Assembly (NCBI GenBank): GCA_046299415.1
Contig: JBKBII010000007.1
Coordinates: 43,839-107,838 of the forward strand
From: Thioalkalivibrionaceae bacterium
GTDB lineage: Bacteria; Pseudomonadota; Gammaproteobacteria; Ectothiorhodospirales; Ectothiorhodospiraceae
Reading direction: 5' to 3'
Length of the DNA: 64,000 bases
Shown: in pieces, positions 30,880-40,509 of the stretch
Layout: each line of letters opens with the position of its first letter
How positions within the stretch are numbered: position 1 is the stretch's first letter
The notes under the pieces: generated by a model
The model's input: the letters and a program-made list of their open reading frames with translations, nothing else
Told to the model about the DNA's origin: nothing
Database searches by the model: none
Made by a program: the position numbers and the translations under genes

Positions 30880-31961
30880 ATCCTCGAACACGTCAATGAA
30901 TTGCACCCGCAGGTGCTGCACGCGGCTCATTGCGTCCGCAACGCGGTCGCGGCCTGAAGTCTTCGGGGTACTCCTTGAGGGCCGTTCGGCAACGCACTCG
31001 GTCGTGGCTTCTCGCATTTTTGGTTCGCGAGTTCCACGGTTCCCCGTGGCTAGCTTCAACGGCTCCAAGGCGTAGGTTTAACTTTCGGTCTGACTTCTTG
31101 ACGGCGTTGCCTCGCTTCCGGAATCCTTTGTTGCAGCAGTCCTAGCAGAAAAACCGATCGCCGATGCCTGAGCACCGAAAGGTGCTCACTTAGAAGCCTG
31201 AACGATGCTCTAGTGTTCTTGAGGCTCGCCGGTGGCTTGACCCAAGCCGACGCTTGCGGCGTTAGGCTCCGCGCACGAACTGGTGTTGATATTAGCGGTA
31301 CGACGCTGACGACCGGCCTCAGCATCCCGTATTCCCTCAAGGCTGACGACGCCCGATCGCGGATCAAACGTTGGCCTCAGGGGTCCAGTGGCGTGTTCGC
31401 AGCCAAAGCGACTGCGTCGAGTAGAAACAGTCGCTGAAGCGAAACAGCGTGAGCCTCTAAATTCGTTCGACTGTTACAGTTTGCCTACGCTTTTGCAGAC
31501 GCCCGCATCGAATGTCCCCTTTCCGCTCGTTTTGCGTGTTGATTCGATCGCGGATCGTTCCTGTATCTTCTGCGGGTCCAGAACCGGCTGGAAAAACGCG
31601 CGCGCTGGAAGGAAGGATTGCCCAAGACCGAGCAGTCACGATAGTGGGCCGCATCACGTCACTTTTTGGGCTGCCCTCGACCCTTAGTTGCCAACGAATC
31701 GCCGATCCGTCGATCGGTGTCTTTTTGGCGTTTTCGCCGCCGCTTCTCGCGCGCTACCCCTGCGCTACTCGGGTTAGAACCGCGCGCGGTCGATCTGGAT
31801 CCATCCGCGTTGTAGAAAGCCGTAATCGCACACAGCAAGTCCTCCGACGATCATGTGCGATCTTCCAACTCCCGGCGCAGAAACTCGCTTAGCCTGTCGA
31901 TCTCACCGGGCAAGATCGTTGTTGTTTCGTACGCCGGTAGAGTCAGTTCGGATCCTACGTC

Positions 31962-32486
31962 ATGCCGAGTCCAAGGAATTTCTCCATCCCCGATGCGCAA
32001 GAACATCGTTCTATCGCCAGGTCCAACGTTTTCTCACGCGATCAACGTCTTCTCACGCGATCAGAGTTTCAGCGCGTTTTCGATCACGGTCGACCCGTTC
32101 GTTCGAAGCACTTCACTGTCTTGTTTGCGCCGCGTATTCCTGAATCGATCGATCCCACCGATCGAACCACGCAGACTTGCGACGATGATTCTTCGATGCC
32201 ACCGATGTCGGCGTCTCGCTCGGAAAAAAAACTCTCAGCTCGATTGGGACTGGTTGTCGCCAAACGTCAATTCAGACGAGCCGTGACCCGAAATCGGGTC
32301 AAGCGCCGCATCCGAGAGGTGTTTCGTCAGACACCGGGACTTTCTCCGGTCGACTTTGTCGTTTTACCACGCGCGGGTGCAGAGCGACTGACCTACGAGG
32401 CTTTCGTGAATGAGTTCAGTCGTCTGATCGTCCAAACACAGGAAAAGCTTGATTCAGCACGCGACCCATTACAGCCGCGAGGGTGA
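31962..32486 (+). CDS. rnpA: ribonuclease P protein component
   Basis: RLLTRSEFQRVFDHGRPVRSKHFTVLFA ... RLGLVVAKRQFRRAVTRNRVKRRIREVFR ... DFVVLPR is the RnpA signature. Carries an internal acidic/Ser-rich insertion. ATG 31962 is the only canonical start upstream of RLLT, and no clear SD precedes it. Confidence 0.85.
   Translation: MPSPRNFSIPDAQEHRSIARSNVFSRDQRLLTRSEFQRVFDHGRPVRSKHFTVLFAPRIPESIDPTDRTTQTCDDDSSMPPMSASRSEKKLSARLGLVVAKRQFRRAVTRNRVKRRIREVFRQTPGLSPVDFVVLPRAGAERLTYEAFVNEFSRLIVQTQEKLDSARDPLQPRG
32025..32062 (+). repeat. 19-bp tandem direct duplication inside the 5' end of rnpA
   Basis: AACGTTTTCTCACGCGATC (32025-32043) is immediately followed by AACGTCTTCTCACGCGATC (32044-32062), with 1 mismatch. 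The two copies are read in different frames (NVFSRDQ, then RLLTRS). Confidence 0.9.
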
Positions 32487-32921
32487 TGGCCGGTCCAATT
32501 CAGGCTTTGCTCCGTCTGACCGGCGATAGTCGTGCGTTATCCACCTAATCTCAATATACGTTCGCTTTCGAAACCGCGCTTGAGCGACTCCTTAGATTTG
32601 AGACCATGGGCTTGACGTCGAGCGCTTGAAACTGACTTCGATGAGCGGGAACCGGATGAGCCGTTCCCACGATGGGCGCGGAATCGACAGGCTGTGCGTC
32701 TTCGGCTTCTTTCGATCTTCGATCATCGCGAAAGCCGCTCATCTGTCCGACAATGGGCCCACGGACGACGTGCACTTGAGTCGTTTCACGCGACCGTTTA
32801 GCCGCTTCCGCGTGGTAGGCGTGCATCCCGATTGATCGCGCGATTTCGCGCAGGGTCACCAACGGCGAGACACCGCTGGTTGGTCAACACTGAGTTCAAT
32901 GGCCTACGAGAACCAACGTTC

Positions 32922-33383
32922 ATGAAATCCGAGACACCGACAAATCGGCCATCCATCGCTGCAACCGTCTTGCGTGCAGTCGTTCGCGTGTACCAGCTCG
33001 TAATTTCGCCGATTATTGGATCCCGCTGTCGTTACATGCCGACCTGTTCGCAGTATGCGATCGAAGCCATCGAGCGTTTCGGTGCAATCCGCGGCGGTCG
33101 AATGGCTTTGAGACGGTTTTTCAGTTGCCATCCATGGGGGGGATTTGGCTACGACCCTGTGCCGCCAGGCGATTCTGTGAACCTGGCCAAGACCGGTTCT
33201 CCATCCCGTCATGATACGACTGGTCGATGGGAAAAATTCTGCGACGCAACGAGCGAAGACCCCAATGACGGCATTGACGGCGCGGAGGTTGATCGTCAAA
33301 ACACACAGGTGGCGACGGATCCGGGGGAACGCATTCAATCGATAGACTTGACGAACAAACCAAAATCGCCTGATCGACGATAG
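32922..33383 (+). CDS. yidD: membrane protein insertion efficiency factor YidD with long C-terminal extension
   Basis: [61 protein letters not shown] is the YidD core, followed by about 70 low-complexity residues. Start taken at ATG 32922 (M31 of the track ORF). Confidence 0.85.
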   Translation: MKSETPTNRPSIAATVLRAVVRVYQLVISPIIGSRCRYMPTCSQYAIEAIERFGAIRGGRMALRRFFSCHPWGGFGYDPVPPGDSVNLAKTGSPSRHDTTGRWEKFCDATSEDPNDGIDGAEVDRQNTQVATDPGERIQSIDLTNKPKSPDRR

Positions 33384-33596
33384 GGCGCGCATCGACAGCG
33401 TCCATTGTTTGTCGTCGCACGAAGTTTCCTCTGCCGGACTCGCTGTCAGACCGACGCCGACTAATCTCAATCACCCATATCCGAGAAATACGACGCCGAA
33501 ACGCCACGACCGCTCTATCATGTGCGCCTTTATCACTGATCTTCTCGGCGACTGATACCCTTTTCGCCCCCGTCGCTCGCTCAGAACGGATATTTC

Positions 33597-35285
33597 ATGG
33601 ATTCTCTTCGCCCGATCCTTTGGTTGTCGCTGCTTTTTGTCCTGTTCTTGTTGTGGCAGGCCTGGAACCGCGAACAAATTCCGCAGCCGGTAGCTCAGCA
33701 GGACTCGGCTGCTCTCGAAGAATCCGCGTCATTCGCTGACGTTCCCGATGCGGCTGTCGGTGACGTATTGCGTGAGCCTGCAATACGGTCCGAGACGCCC
33801 GTCGATATCGCAAGTGACCGTCGTACAGTCCGAGTCGTCACCGACACACTTGAGCTTGAAATCGACACTCGCGGTGGAACCGTTCTGCGCGCCGACCTCA
33901 TGCAATACCCGGTCTCGCTCGCGTCGGAGGCGCCACCCGTTCGCGTTCTCGACGAGCGGCGTCGCGGTTACGTCGCCCAGTCCGGATTGCTCCACATTCC
34001 CACGGATGATGGCAGCCACGCGAATCGGGCACCCAATCATCATGCCGTCTACACCACCGCTCGCGATCGCTACGATTTGGGCGACGCCGACGAATTGCGC
34101 GTACCTCTGGTCTGGCGTTCGGACGATGGCATCGAGGTCGAAAAAACCTATGTATTCAAACGTGGTTCGCACCTCGTCGAGCTCGAGCACGTGGTCCGTA
34201 ATGCCTCCGAAACCCCTTGGCTTGGTCGCCAGTATCGCCAGCTCAGACACGGAACCACGCCGGATCGTGAATCCTGGTTCCTGTACACCTTCACCGGCCT
34301 CGCCTATTTCGATGGAAGCTATCAGCGTGAGCGATTCGAGTCATTTCGCGACTCACCGATCGAGAAGCGTTTCGAGGGCGGATGGGCCTCGATCATCGAG
34401 CACTACTTTCTCAGCGCGTGGATTCCAAACGCCGACGAACTCAGTGTTTTCCAAGCCCAAGCCGTCGAAGGCGGGCTGACAGCCGACTTTGTGATCCGTC
34501 TGGTTGGTGCTGATCCCCTTCGCATCGAGCCGGGTGCCGAAGATCGCTTTACCACTCGCCTGTGGATTGGTCCCAAGCTGCAAAACGAGCTTTCTGAAAT
34601 CGCCAAAGGCCTTGAGCTGACAGTCGATTACGGAATCTTCACGTTCCTCGCAAAGCCGCTCTTTTGGCTACTGGGCTGGATTCACGCCGTGATCGGAAAC
34701 TGGGGCTGGTCGATTGTCGTGTTGACGATCGCAATCAAGCTCGCCTTTTTCCATCTATCCGCTGCCAGCTATCGATCGATGGCCCGCATGCGGGCCGCAG
34801 CGCCAAAGCTTCAAGCACTGAAGGAACGTTACGGTGATGACCGTGAGCGCATGGGCAAGGAGATGATGGCGCTCTACAAGAAGGAAAAGATCAACCCTCT
34901 CGGAGGGTGTCTGCCGATTCTCGTCCAGATCCCTGTTTTTATCGCGCTGTACTGGGTGCTGCTGGAGAGCGTCGAGCTTCGCCAAGCACCATGGATGCTA
35001 TGGATTCAGGATCTGTCAGTACGTGATCCCTTCTTCATCCTTCCGATTTTGATGGGCGTAACGATGTTCGTCCAGTTCAAGCTGAATCCACCGCCGATGG
35101 ATCCGATGCAGGCGAAGATCTTCGCGGCGCTCCCTTTCGTTTTTACTGTGTTTTTCGCGTTCTTCCCGGCCGGCTTGGTTCTGTACTGGTTCACGAACAA
35201 CTTGTTCTCGATCGCCCAGCAGTGGTTCATCACCCGTCGAATCGAGAAAGGACGAGACCCTGAGAAAAAAACCGACAAGATTTAG
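33597..35285 (+). CDS. yidC: membrane protein insertase YidC
   Basis: 562 aa. N-terminal TM, large periplasmic domain, and conserved C-terminal core (KLAFFHLSAASYRSMARMRAAAPKLQALKERYGDDR...GGCLPILVQIPVFIALY...LVLYWFTNNLFSIAQQ). Confidence 0.96.
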   Translation: MDSLRPILWLSLLFVLFLLWQAWNREQIPQPVAQQDSAALEESASFADVPDAAVGDVLREPAIRSETPVDIASDRRTVRVVTDTLELEIDTRGGTVLRADLMQYPVSLASEAPPVRVLDERRRGYVAQSGLLHIPTDDGSHANRAPNHHAVYTTARDRYDLGDADELRVPLVWRSDDGIEVEKTYVFKRGSHLVELEHVVRNASETPWLGRQYRQLRHGTTPDRESWFLYTFTGLAYFDGSYQRERFESFRDSPIEKRFEGGWASIIEHYFLSAWIPNADELSVFQAQAVEGGLTADFVIRLVGADPLRIEPGAEDRFTTRLWIGPKLQNELSEIAKGLELTVDYGIFTFLAKPLFWLLGWIHAVIGNWGWSIVVLTIAIKLAFFHLSAASYRSMARMRAAAPKLQALKERYGDDRERMGKEMMALYKKEKINPLGGCLPILVQIPVFIALYWVLLESVELRQAPWMLWIQDLSVRDPFFILPILMGVTMFVQFKLNPPPMDPMQAKIFAALPFVFTVFFAFFPAGLVLYWFTNNLFSIAQQWFITRRIEKGRDPEKKTDKI

Positions 35286-35417
35286 GTTTTTCTCGATCAC
35301 TACGAACCATCATTCCGTGGCGTTTCTGCAATCCATGACCTTTCGATCGCCGACTTTCCAATCGACGAAGCGATTCAGTCCTTTGGCCGAATTGCCTGTT
35401 TCGGTGCAAAATTACCG

Positions 35418-37295
35418 ATGACAGCGGTCGTCGACACCATCGCTGCTCTCGCGACACCGCCGGGCGTCGGCGGTGTCGCAATCGTTCGTCTGAGCGGAGC
35501 AAACGCGAAGGCCATCGCCGAGCGATTGAGTCAAATGCCACCGCGCCCGCCTGAAAGCCAGTCGCCACCAGCGCAGGTACAGACCCTTGCGAAGCCTGAG
35601 CGATCTCAGCTTTTGGCGCCCGAGAACTCTCGTCAAATCGCTAAACTCAGGCCGCGCTATGCGCACTACCGGATCTTTGTCGACGCGGTGGGCGTAATCG
35701 ATGACGGGTTGGCCATCTATATGCCGGGACCTCATTCCTACACGGGCGAAGACGTCGTGGAACTTCAGATCCACGGAAGCCCGTTGTTGGCTCGTCGTCT
35801 GCTGCGTGCTTGTTACGCTCTCGGGGCGAGACCTGCAGAACCGGGCGAATACACAGAGCGCGCATACCGCAACGGACGACTCGATCTGGCTCAGGCCGAA
35901 GCCGTCGCTGACCTCATCCACGCTCAAACCGAACGATCTGCAGCCCTAGCTCGAGCAAGTCTTGATGGTGCTTTGGCGGATCGGCTTGGCGTGCTACGTG
36001 AGCCGCTGACCGAATTGCGCGCTTGGGTCGAGGCCGATCTCGATTTTGGTGAAACCGATCTCGACGAGATGGATTCAGCACCAGACGATGAACCTGTCAA
36101 CCACGCGTCCATGATGGTATCCGCGCCATCGCGGTCGTCAGCCGGTAGGCCTTCGACGACGTCTACGATCGCCACGGCGCACAGTTCGACTGTCGAGGCC
36201 ACCATTCGAGAGCGCCTCCACCGGCTCCGCGAATTGACCAATCGTCTTGTCAATGGCCTTGCGCGTCAACGTCACTATCGCGACGGCGTGAAAATCGCCA
36301 TCGTTGGTGCGCCCAATGTTGGCAAATCGAGTCTCTTGAACGCATGGCTCGGCGAAAATCGAGCGATCGTGAGTGCTCATGAAGGGACCACTCGCGACGT
36401 CATAGAGGCCCAGTTTGTCGCTGGAGACTGGTTGTTGCGCGTTCTCGATACCGCCGGCCTGCGCGCTACTGATGACCCGGTTGAAAAAATCGGGATTGAA
36501 AGAAGCGTTGCGACGATGCGCGAAGCCGACGTCGTCCTCTGGGTCGCTGACAGCACGCGTCCGGTTGAATCGGCACCACCGTGGTGGACTCATGTATCGG
36601 CCTCGACGACTCCGGACAGCCATTCCGCCATCGGATCGAGCGATGTCCCCGTCGACAAGCCGTGGCTGATCATCTGGAACAAAATCGACCTGGCACAACC
36701 GCCTACTGAAGACATCGATCCGCAAAAGCGAACGCTCAATGTTCGTCCAGCAGTCTCTTCGGACACCATGGGTCCGCTCGCGGTATCTGCCCCCACGTGG
36801 GCTGCGTCATCACCCATAGAAGCGCCAGACGATGCGCTTGACGCTGAGCGCCGAGATACCGGCGTCACGGATTCGCGAGTCCGACCGGCATCGTCGTTGA
36901 CGCCGTATCGCTGGGTCGTTTGCCAAACATCTGCCGCCACACCGGGTAACGCCGAGATACTTGCGGGTGCGCTTGATCGATTGTTTTCCCAGGATTCGTC
37001 CGATCGGACCGCAGAAGATTTCGAATACGCCAGTACGACGGCCTCTGCCAGTCGCTCGCGCGAACTTGAAATTCCAAATGACGCCGCCGACCTAGCATTC
37101 AGCGTTCGTGAGCGCCATCTCGAGGGCCTACGCCAATTCGAGGCCTTTCTCGCCGAAGCTGAACGGGAATCCTTCGCGGATCTACGCGCCGAACACCTTC
37201 GGCTGGCTGAGCGTGCACTTGACCGACTCCTTGGGGCCTCAGATGTCGAGGATCTGCTGGGATCGATTTTTAGCGGCTTTTGTATTGGCAAGTAA
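35418..37295 (+). CDS. mnmE: tRNA modification GTPase MnmE, with several large insertions
   Basis: DTIAALATPPGVGGVAIVRLSG, SYTGEDVVELQIHG, RNGRLDLAQAEAVADLI, G1 GAPNVGKSSLLN, TTRD, DTAG, NKID, and terminal FCIGK. It is 625 aa; canonical MnmE is about 450 aa as I recall. Confidence 0.93.
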   Translation: MTAVVDTIAALATPPGVGGVAIVRLSGANAKAIAERLSQMPPRPPESQSPPAQVQTLAKPERSQLLAPENSRQIAKLRPRYAHYRIFVDAVGVIDDGLAIYMPGPHSYTGEDVVELQIHGSPLLARRLLRACYALGARPAEPGEYTERAYRNGRLDLAQAEAVADLIHAQTERSAALARASLDGALADRLGVLREPLTELRAWVEADLDFGETDLDEMDSAPDDEPVNHASMMVSAPSRSSAGRPSTTSTIATAHSSTVEATIRERLHRLRELTNRLVNGLARQRHYRDGVKIAIVGAPNVGKSSLLNAWLGENRAIVSAHEGTTRDVIEAQFVAGDWLLRVLDTAGLRATDDPVEKIGIERSVATMREADVVLWVADSTRPVESAPPWWTHVSASTTPDSHSAIGSSDVPVDKPWLIIWNKIDLAQPPTEDIDPQKRTLNVRPAVSSDTMGPLAVSAPTWAASSPIEAPDDALDAERRDTGVTDSRVRPASSLTPYRWVVCQTSAATPGNAEILAGALDRLFSQDSSDRTAEDFEYASTTASASRSRELEIPNDAADLAFSVRERHLEGLRQFEAFLAEAERESFADLRAEHLRLAERALDRLLGASDVEDLLGSIFSGFCIGK

Positions 37296-37508
37296 GATGG
37301 GGGCGCTGCAGCTGCAGAACTCGCCTTGCCTATAATGTCTGCGAGCGCGGTCTACAAGCAAGAACTCGAATGCCGGCAGGAGCCTACGTTACACGACGTC
37401 GCGTCCCATGCACGCCAAATCTGTGAATATCACGATAATTGCGCTCGTGGTCGCCTTACAGCAGAGCCTTCTCAAATCCTCACGCAAGCCAGAGCCAGTA
37501 GACGCAAT

Positions 37509-39386
37509 ATGAGCCGTCCGACTTCCAGTTACGACGTCATCGTTATCGGCGGGGGCCACGCGGGGACTGAAGCCGCTGCTGCTGCCGCCCGTCGTGGTGC
37601 CCGGACACTTTTGCTCACGCAACGGCTCGACGCGATCGGGCAAATGAGCTGTAACCCTGCTATTGGCGGCATTGGCAAGGGCCATCTGGTCCGCGAGATC
37701 GATGCTCTCGACGGCTTGATGGCACGAGCAGCCGATGCAGCGGGCATCCACTGGCGTTTACTGAATCAGCGCAAAGGTCCAGCGGTCCGTGCCACTCGGG
37801 CGCAGGCCGACCGAAACCTATACGCCAGCGCCGTGCAACGCCTGCTGTGGGCTTGCCCTGGCTTGGCGTTTTTTCAGGGTATGGCTGCTGATATCGAGGT
37901 TGTCGGTGACCGCGTCGTTGCCGTAGTCACCGAGTCCAACGTTCGTTTAGAAACGCGTGCTGTCGTACTCACTGCCGGCACATTTTTGAACGGCGTGATT
38001 CATGTCGGCCTTGAACGCAGCACTGGCGGTCGGGCAGGCGAGCCACCATCGACCCGACTCGCGAGCCGATTGCGGGAAATGGCGTCGGGCGTGGGACGGC
38101 TCAAGACCGGGACGCCGCCGCGTATCGATCGGCGTAGCGTCGACTTTTCGCAGCTTACGCCTCAGCCCGGCGACGAGCCACGGCCGGTGTTTTCGTTTAT
38201 CGGCTCAGCCGCTGATCATCCCCAGCAGACACTGTGTCATATCACCTACACAAATGAACGAACTCACGACGTGATTCGCGCGAATCTCGATCGCTCACCG
38301 ATGTATTCAGGTGAAATCGAGGGGGTCGGTCCACGCTATTGTCCGTCGATCGAGGACAAGATCGTACGCTTTGCAGAACGGGATCGGCATCAGGTTTTTA
38401 TCGAGCCGGAAGGTCTCGATCAAGATGAGCTCTACCCAAATGGGATTTCGACTTCGCTGCCTTTCGACGTCCAAGTGAAGATCGTTCAAAGCCTCGAAGG
38501 TCTCGCGTCGGCCCGGATTACGCGACCCGGCTATGCAATCGAGTACGACTATTTCGATCCGCGTGGACTAAACGCAACCCTCGCCACGCGGGCCGTGGCA
38601 AATTTATTTTTTGCCGGTCAGATCAACGGGACGACTGGGTATGAAGAGGCCGCGGCTCAGGGCTTGGTCGCGGGCGCCAACGCGGCGGCATCGGCCTTGG
38701 AACAGGCTCCGCTCGAAATCGATCGTGGCACCGGGTACATCGGAGTCTTGATCGATGACCTCATTCAACGGGGTACGCAAGAGCCCTACCGCATGTTTAC
38801 GTCACGCGCGGAGTATCGACTTTTGCTTCGCGAAGATAACGCGGACCTTCGTTTGACGCCGATCGGACGGAAACTTGGATTGGTTGACGACGAGCGCTGG
38901 CGTCGCCACCAGATTCGTGCCGAGGCCATCGCGACCGAACGTGAACGTCTTCAGACAACGCGCATCGACTCGGCGGATTTGCATGCTGCGCCTCATCTGT
39001 TTGTGGCCAACACGCCACTGCCGACCGCCGGAACATCGCTTTACGACTACCTGCGCCGACCCGAAGTCGCTTACTCAACCGCCGCGGTTCTACAGCGAGA
39101 CGCCAACGCGCTCGCGCCCGACGTCGCCGAGCAGCTTGAAATCGAGTGTCACTACGCAGGCTATATCGAACGTGCGAAAGCTGAGGCGGCGCGGCAACGA
39201 GCTGACGGGAAACGCCAATTTCCGCCCGACATTGACTTTCATAAGGTTCATGGCCTCTCGCACGAACTGCGTGAAAAACTCACCCTTGCGGCGCCGCGAA
39301 ATTTTGCTCAGGCCCAGCGATTGGCAGGCGTTACGCCCGCCGCGTTGACTGCGCTATCGATACATCTGAAAAACGTAACGTCCTGA
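37509..39386 (+). CDS. mnmG: tRNA uridine 5-carboxymethylaminomethyl modification enzyme MnmG (GidA)
   Basis: YDVIVIGGGHAGTEAA FAD motif, MSCNPAIGGIGKGHLVREIDALDG, GPRYCPSIEDK, FFAGQINGTTGYEEAA. Start moved to ATG 37509 (M62 of the track ORF), which gives the canonical N-terminus. Confidence 0.95.
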   Translation: MSRPTSSYDVIVIGGGHAGTEAAAAAARRGARTLLLTQRLDAIGQMSCNPAIGGIGKGHLVREIDALDGLMARAADAAGIHWRLLNQRKGPAVRATRAQADRNLYASAVQRLLWACPGLAFFQGMAADIEVVGDRVVAVVTESNVRLETRAVVLTAGTFLNGVIHVGLERSTGGRAGEPPSTRLASRLREMASGVGRLKTGTPPRIDRRSVDFSQLTPQPGDEPRPVFSFIGSAADHPQQTLCHITYTNERTHDVIRANLDRSPMYSGEIEGVGPRYCPSIEDKIVRFAERDRHQVFIEPEGLDQDELYPNGISTSLPFDVQVKIVQSLEGLASARITRPGYAIEYDYFDPRGLNATLATRAVANLFFAGQINGTTGYEEAAAQGLVAGANAAASALEQAPLEIDRGTGYIGVLIDDLIQRGTQEPYRMFTSRAEYRLLLREDNADLRLTPIGRKLGLVDDERWRRHQIRAEAIATERERLQTTRIDSADLHAAPHLFVANTPLPTAGTSLYDYLRRPEVAYSTAAVLQRDANALAPDVAEQLEIECHYAGYIERAKAEAARQRADGKRQFPPDIDFHKVHGLSHELREKLTLAAPRNFAQAQRLAGVTPAALTALSIHLKNVTS

Positions 39387-39663
39387 TTCACCGCCGCGAA
39401 ACTGAGCGTCGATGCACATAGCGCCGCGAAACTGCAGCGAACATTTCGCCACGGCTAGGCCCGGTATACCTGTTTGGAGGCTGACGCTCGGGGCAAACCC
39501 TGAGTAGAGCCTCAAGCGGGAGCAACGGCAACGCGACCGTGGCGCAAGTCGCGGGGTATCTCAGGTCGGCCGGAAGGCGCAGATCACGCTACGCAGCGTT
39601 GCGCTTACGCAGCCATCGATTCAGCGTTTGACCTGACGGCAATCTTTCCCTAGGGCTTAACCC

Positions 39664-40509
39664 ATGACCGAGTTACGATCGAGCCCAGTAGCCGCTCTAC
39701 CCACGATCGCTAAGCAGGCCGACATCGCGAATCGGGTCCCGCCGCCCAAGGGGCCGGAGTTGAACGCCGTGCCGGGGCCATTAGCTCATGCGTTCGCGCA
39801 GGCGTCGCTGGCCCCGGAACTGCACAAACCAATTGCGCATTACCTAGCAGGTTTGGAACGCTGGAACCACGTTCACAATCTCACACGGGTCGCCGATCCC
39901 GTTGATGCATTTCATCGCCACGTTCTTGAGAGCTTTGATCTGATCCCGGAAATCGACTGGGTGGTCACCCGACACGCTGAAGAATGCCGTTTGATCGACA
40001 TCGGCACCGGTGCAGGGATTCCGGGTCTACTACTCGCGATCGCGATGCATTACACAAACAGACCCGCTCTATCTGAGATCCTCCTTGTTGAGCCGGCGGC
40101 AAAGCGAGTGGCGTTTTTGCGCGCGATGATTGCTGAACTTGGGCTGGCCAAGGTTAGGGTCTACCCACAGCGGCTCGAAGATTTGCTCTCCGAACCCAGT
40201 CATCATGCTGCCTACAAGGTCGCGACAAGTCGCGCATTCGCCGCCCCGGAGCATTGGCTCCCGATGATTGCGCCGCTGATGGGAGCAGACGCACACGCAT
40301 TGGTTATGCTCGCAGGCAAACCTGATGACTGGCGGCCGGTGGCAAACGATGACTCGATTGACAGCGGTCACCCCAGGTTCGCGCAATGGCTACTGCGCGC
40401 AATCGAACCCCAAGGCGATCTCCGCGCCAAATGGATGAGTTCGGATCGCAAACGAGAGCTTGCTCCGGTCGAGGCCCGTCACGTCGCTCGTTTCCAATTT
40501 TCGCCTTGA
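39664..40509 (+). CDS. rsmG: 16S rRNA (guanine527-N7)-methyltransferase RsmG (GidB), extended
   Basis: Position after mnmG. LERWNHVHNLTRV...HVLESF...LIDIGTGAGIPGLLLAI SAM-binding motif. N- and C-terminal extensions relative to the usual length of about 210 aa. Confidence 0.85.
   Translation: MTELRSSPVAALPTIAKQADIANRVPPPKGPELNAVPGPLAHAFAQASLAPELHKPIAHYLAGLERWNHVHNLTRVADPVDAFHRHVLESFDLIPEIDWVVTRHAEECRLIDIGTGAGIPGLLLAIAMHYTNRPALSEILLVEPAAKRVAFLRAMIAELGLAKVRVYPQRLEDLLSEPSHHAAYKVATSRAFAAPEHWLPMIAPLMGADAHALVMLAGKPDDWRPVANDDSIDSGHPRFAQWLLRAIEPQGDLRAKWMSSDRKRELAPVEARHVARFQFSP

Noticed and set aside
30880-31961. Tested whether the rpmH-rnpA spacer is RNase P RNA (rnpB), a group II intron, a CRISPR array or an IS remnant.
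   Set aside because: No GAGGAAAGTCC / CR-V type strings on either strand. The GAAA hairpin is too short and unbulged for intron domain V. No periodic direct repeats, no terminal inverted repeats, and no transposase or RT-like ORF.
32551-32862. 103-aa minus-strand ORF in the rnpA-yidD spacer, with an HTH-like start ([12 protein letters not shown]...).
   Set aside because: TTG start. Third-position GC is high only for the first ~20 codons and about 58% overall by hand count. The rest is low-complexity, so there is insufficient support.
39562-39584. CAGGTCGGCCGGAAGGCGCAG in the mnmG-rsmG spacer resembles the SRP (4.5S) RNA domain IV string CAGGTCCGGAAGGAAGCAG.
   Set aside because: The flanks do not form the conserved symmetric-loop helix (only 3 bp pair around the GGAA loop), and no extended hairpin of about 100 nt is evident.
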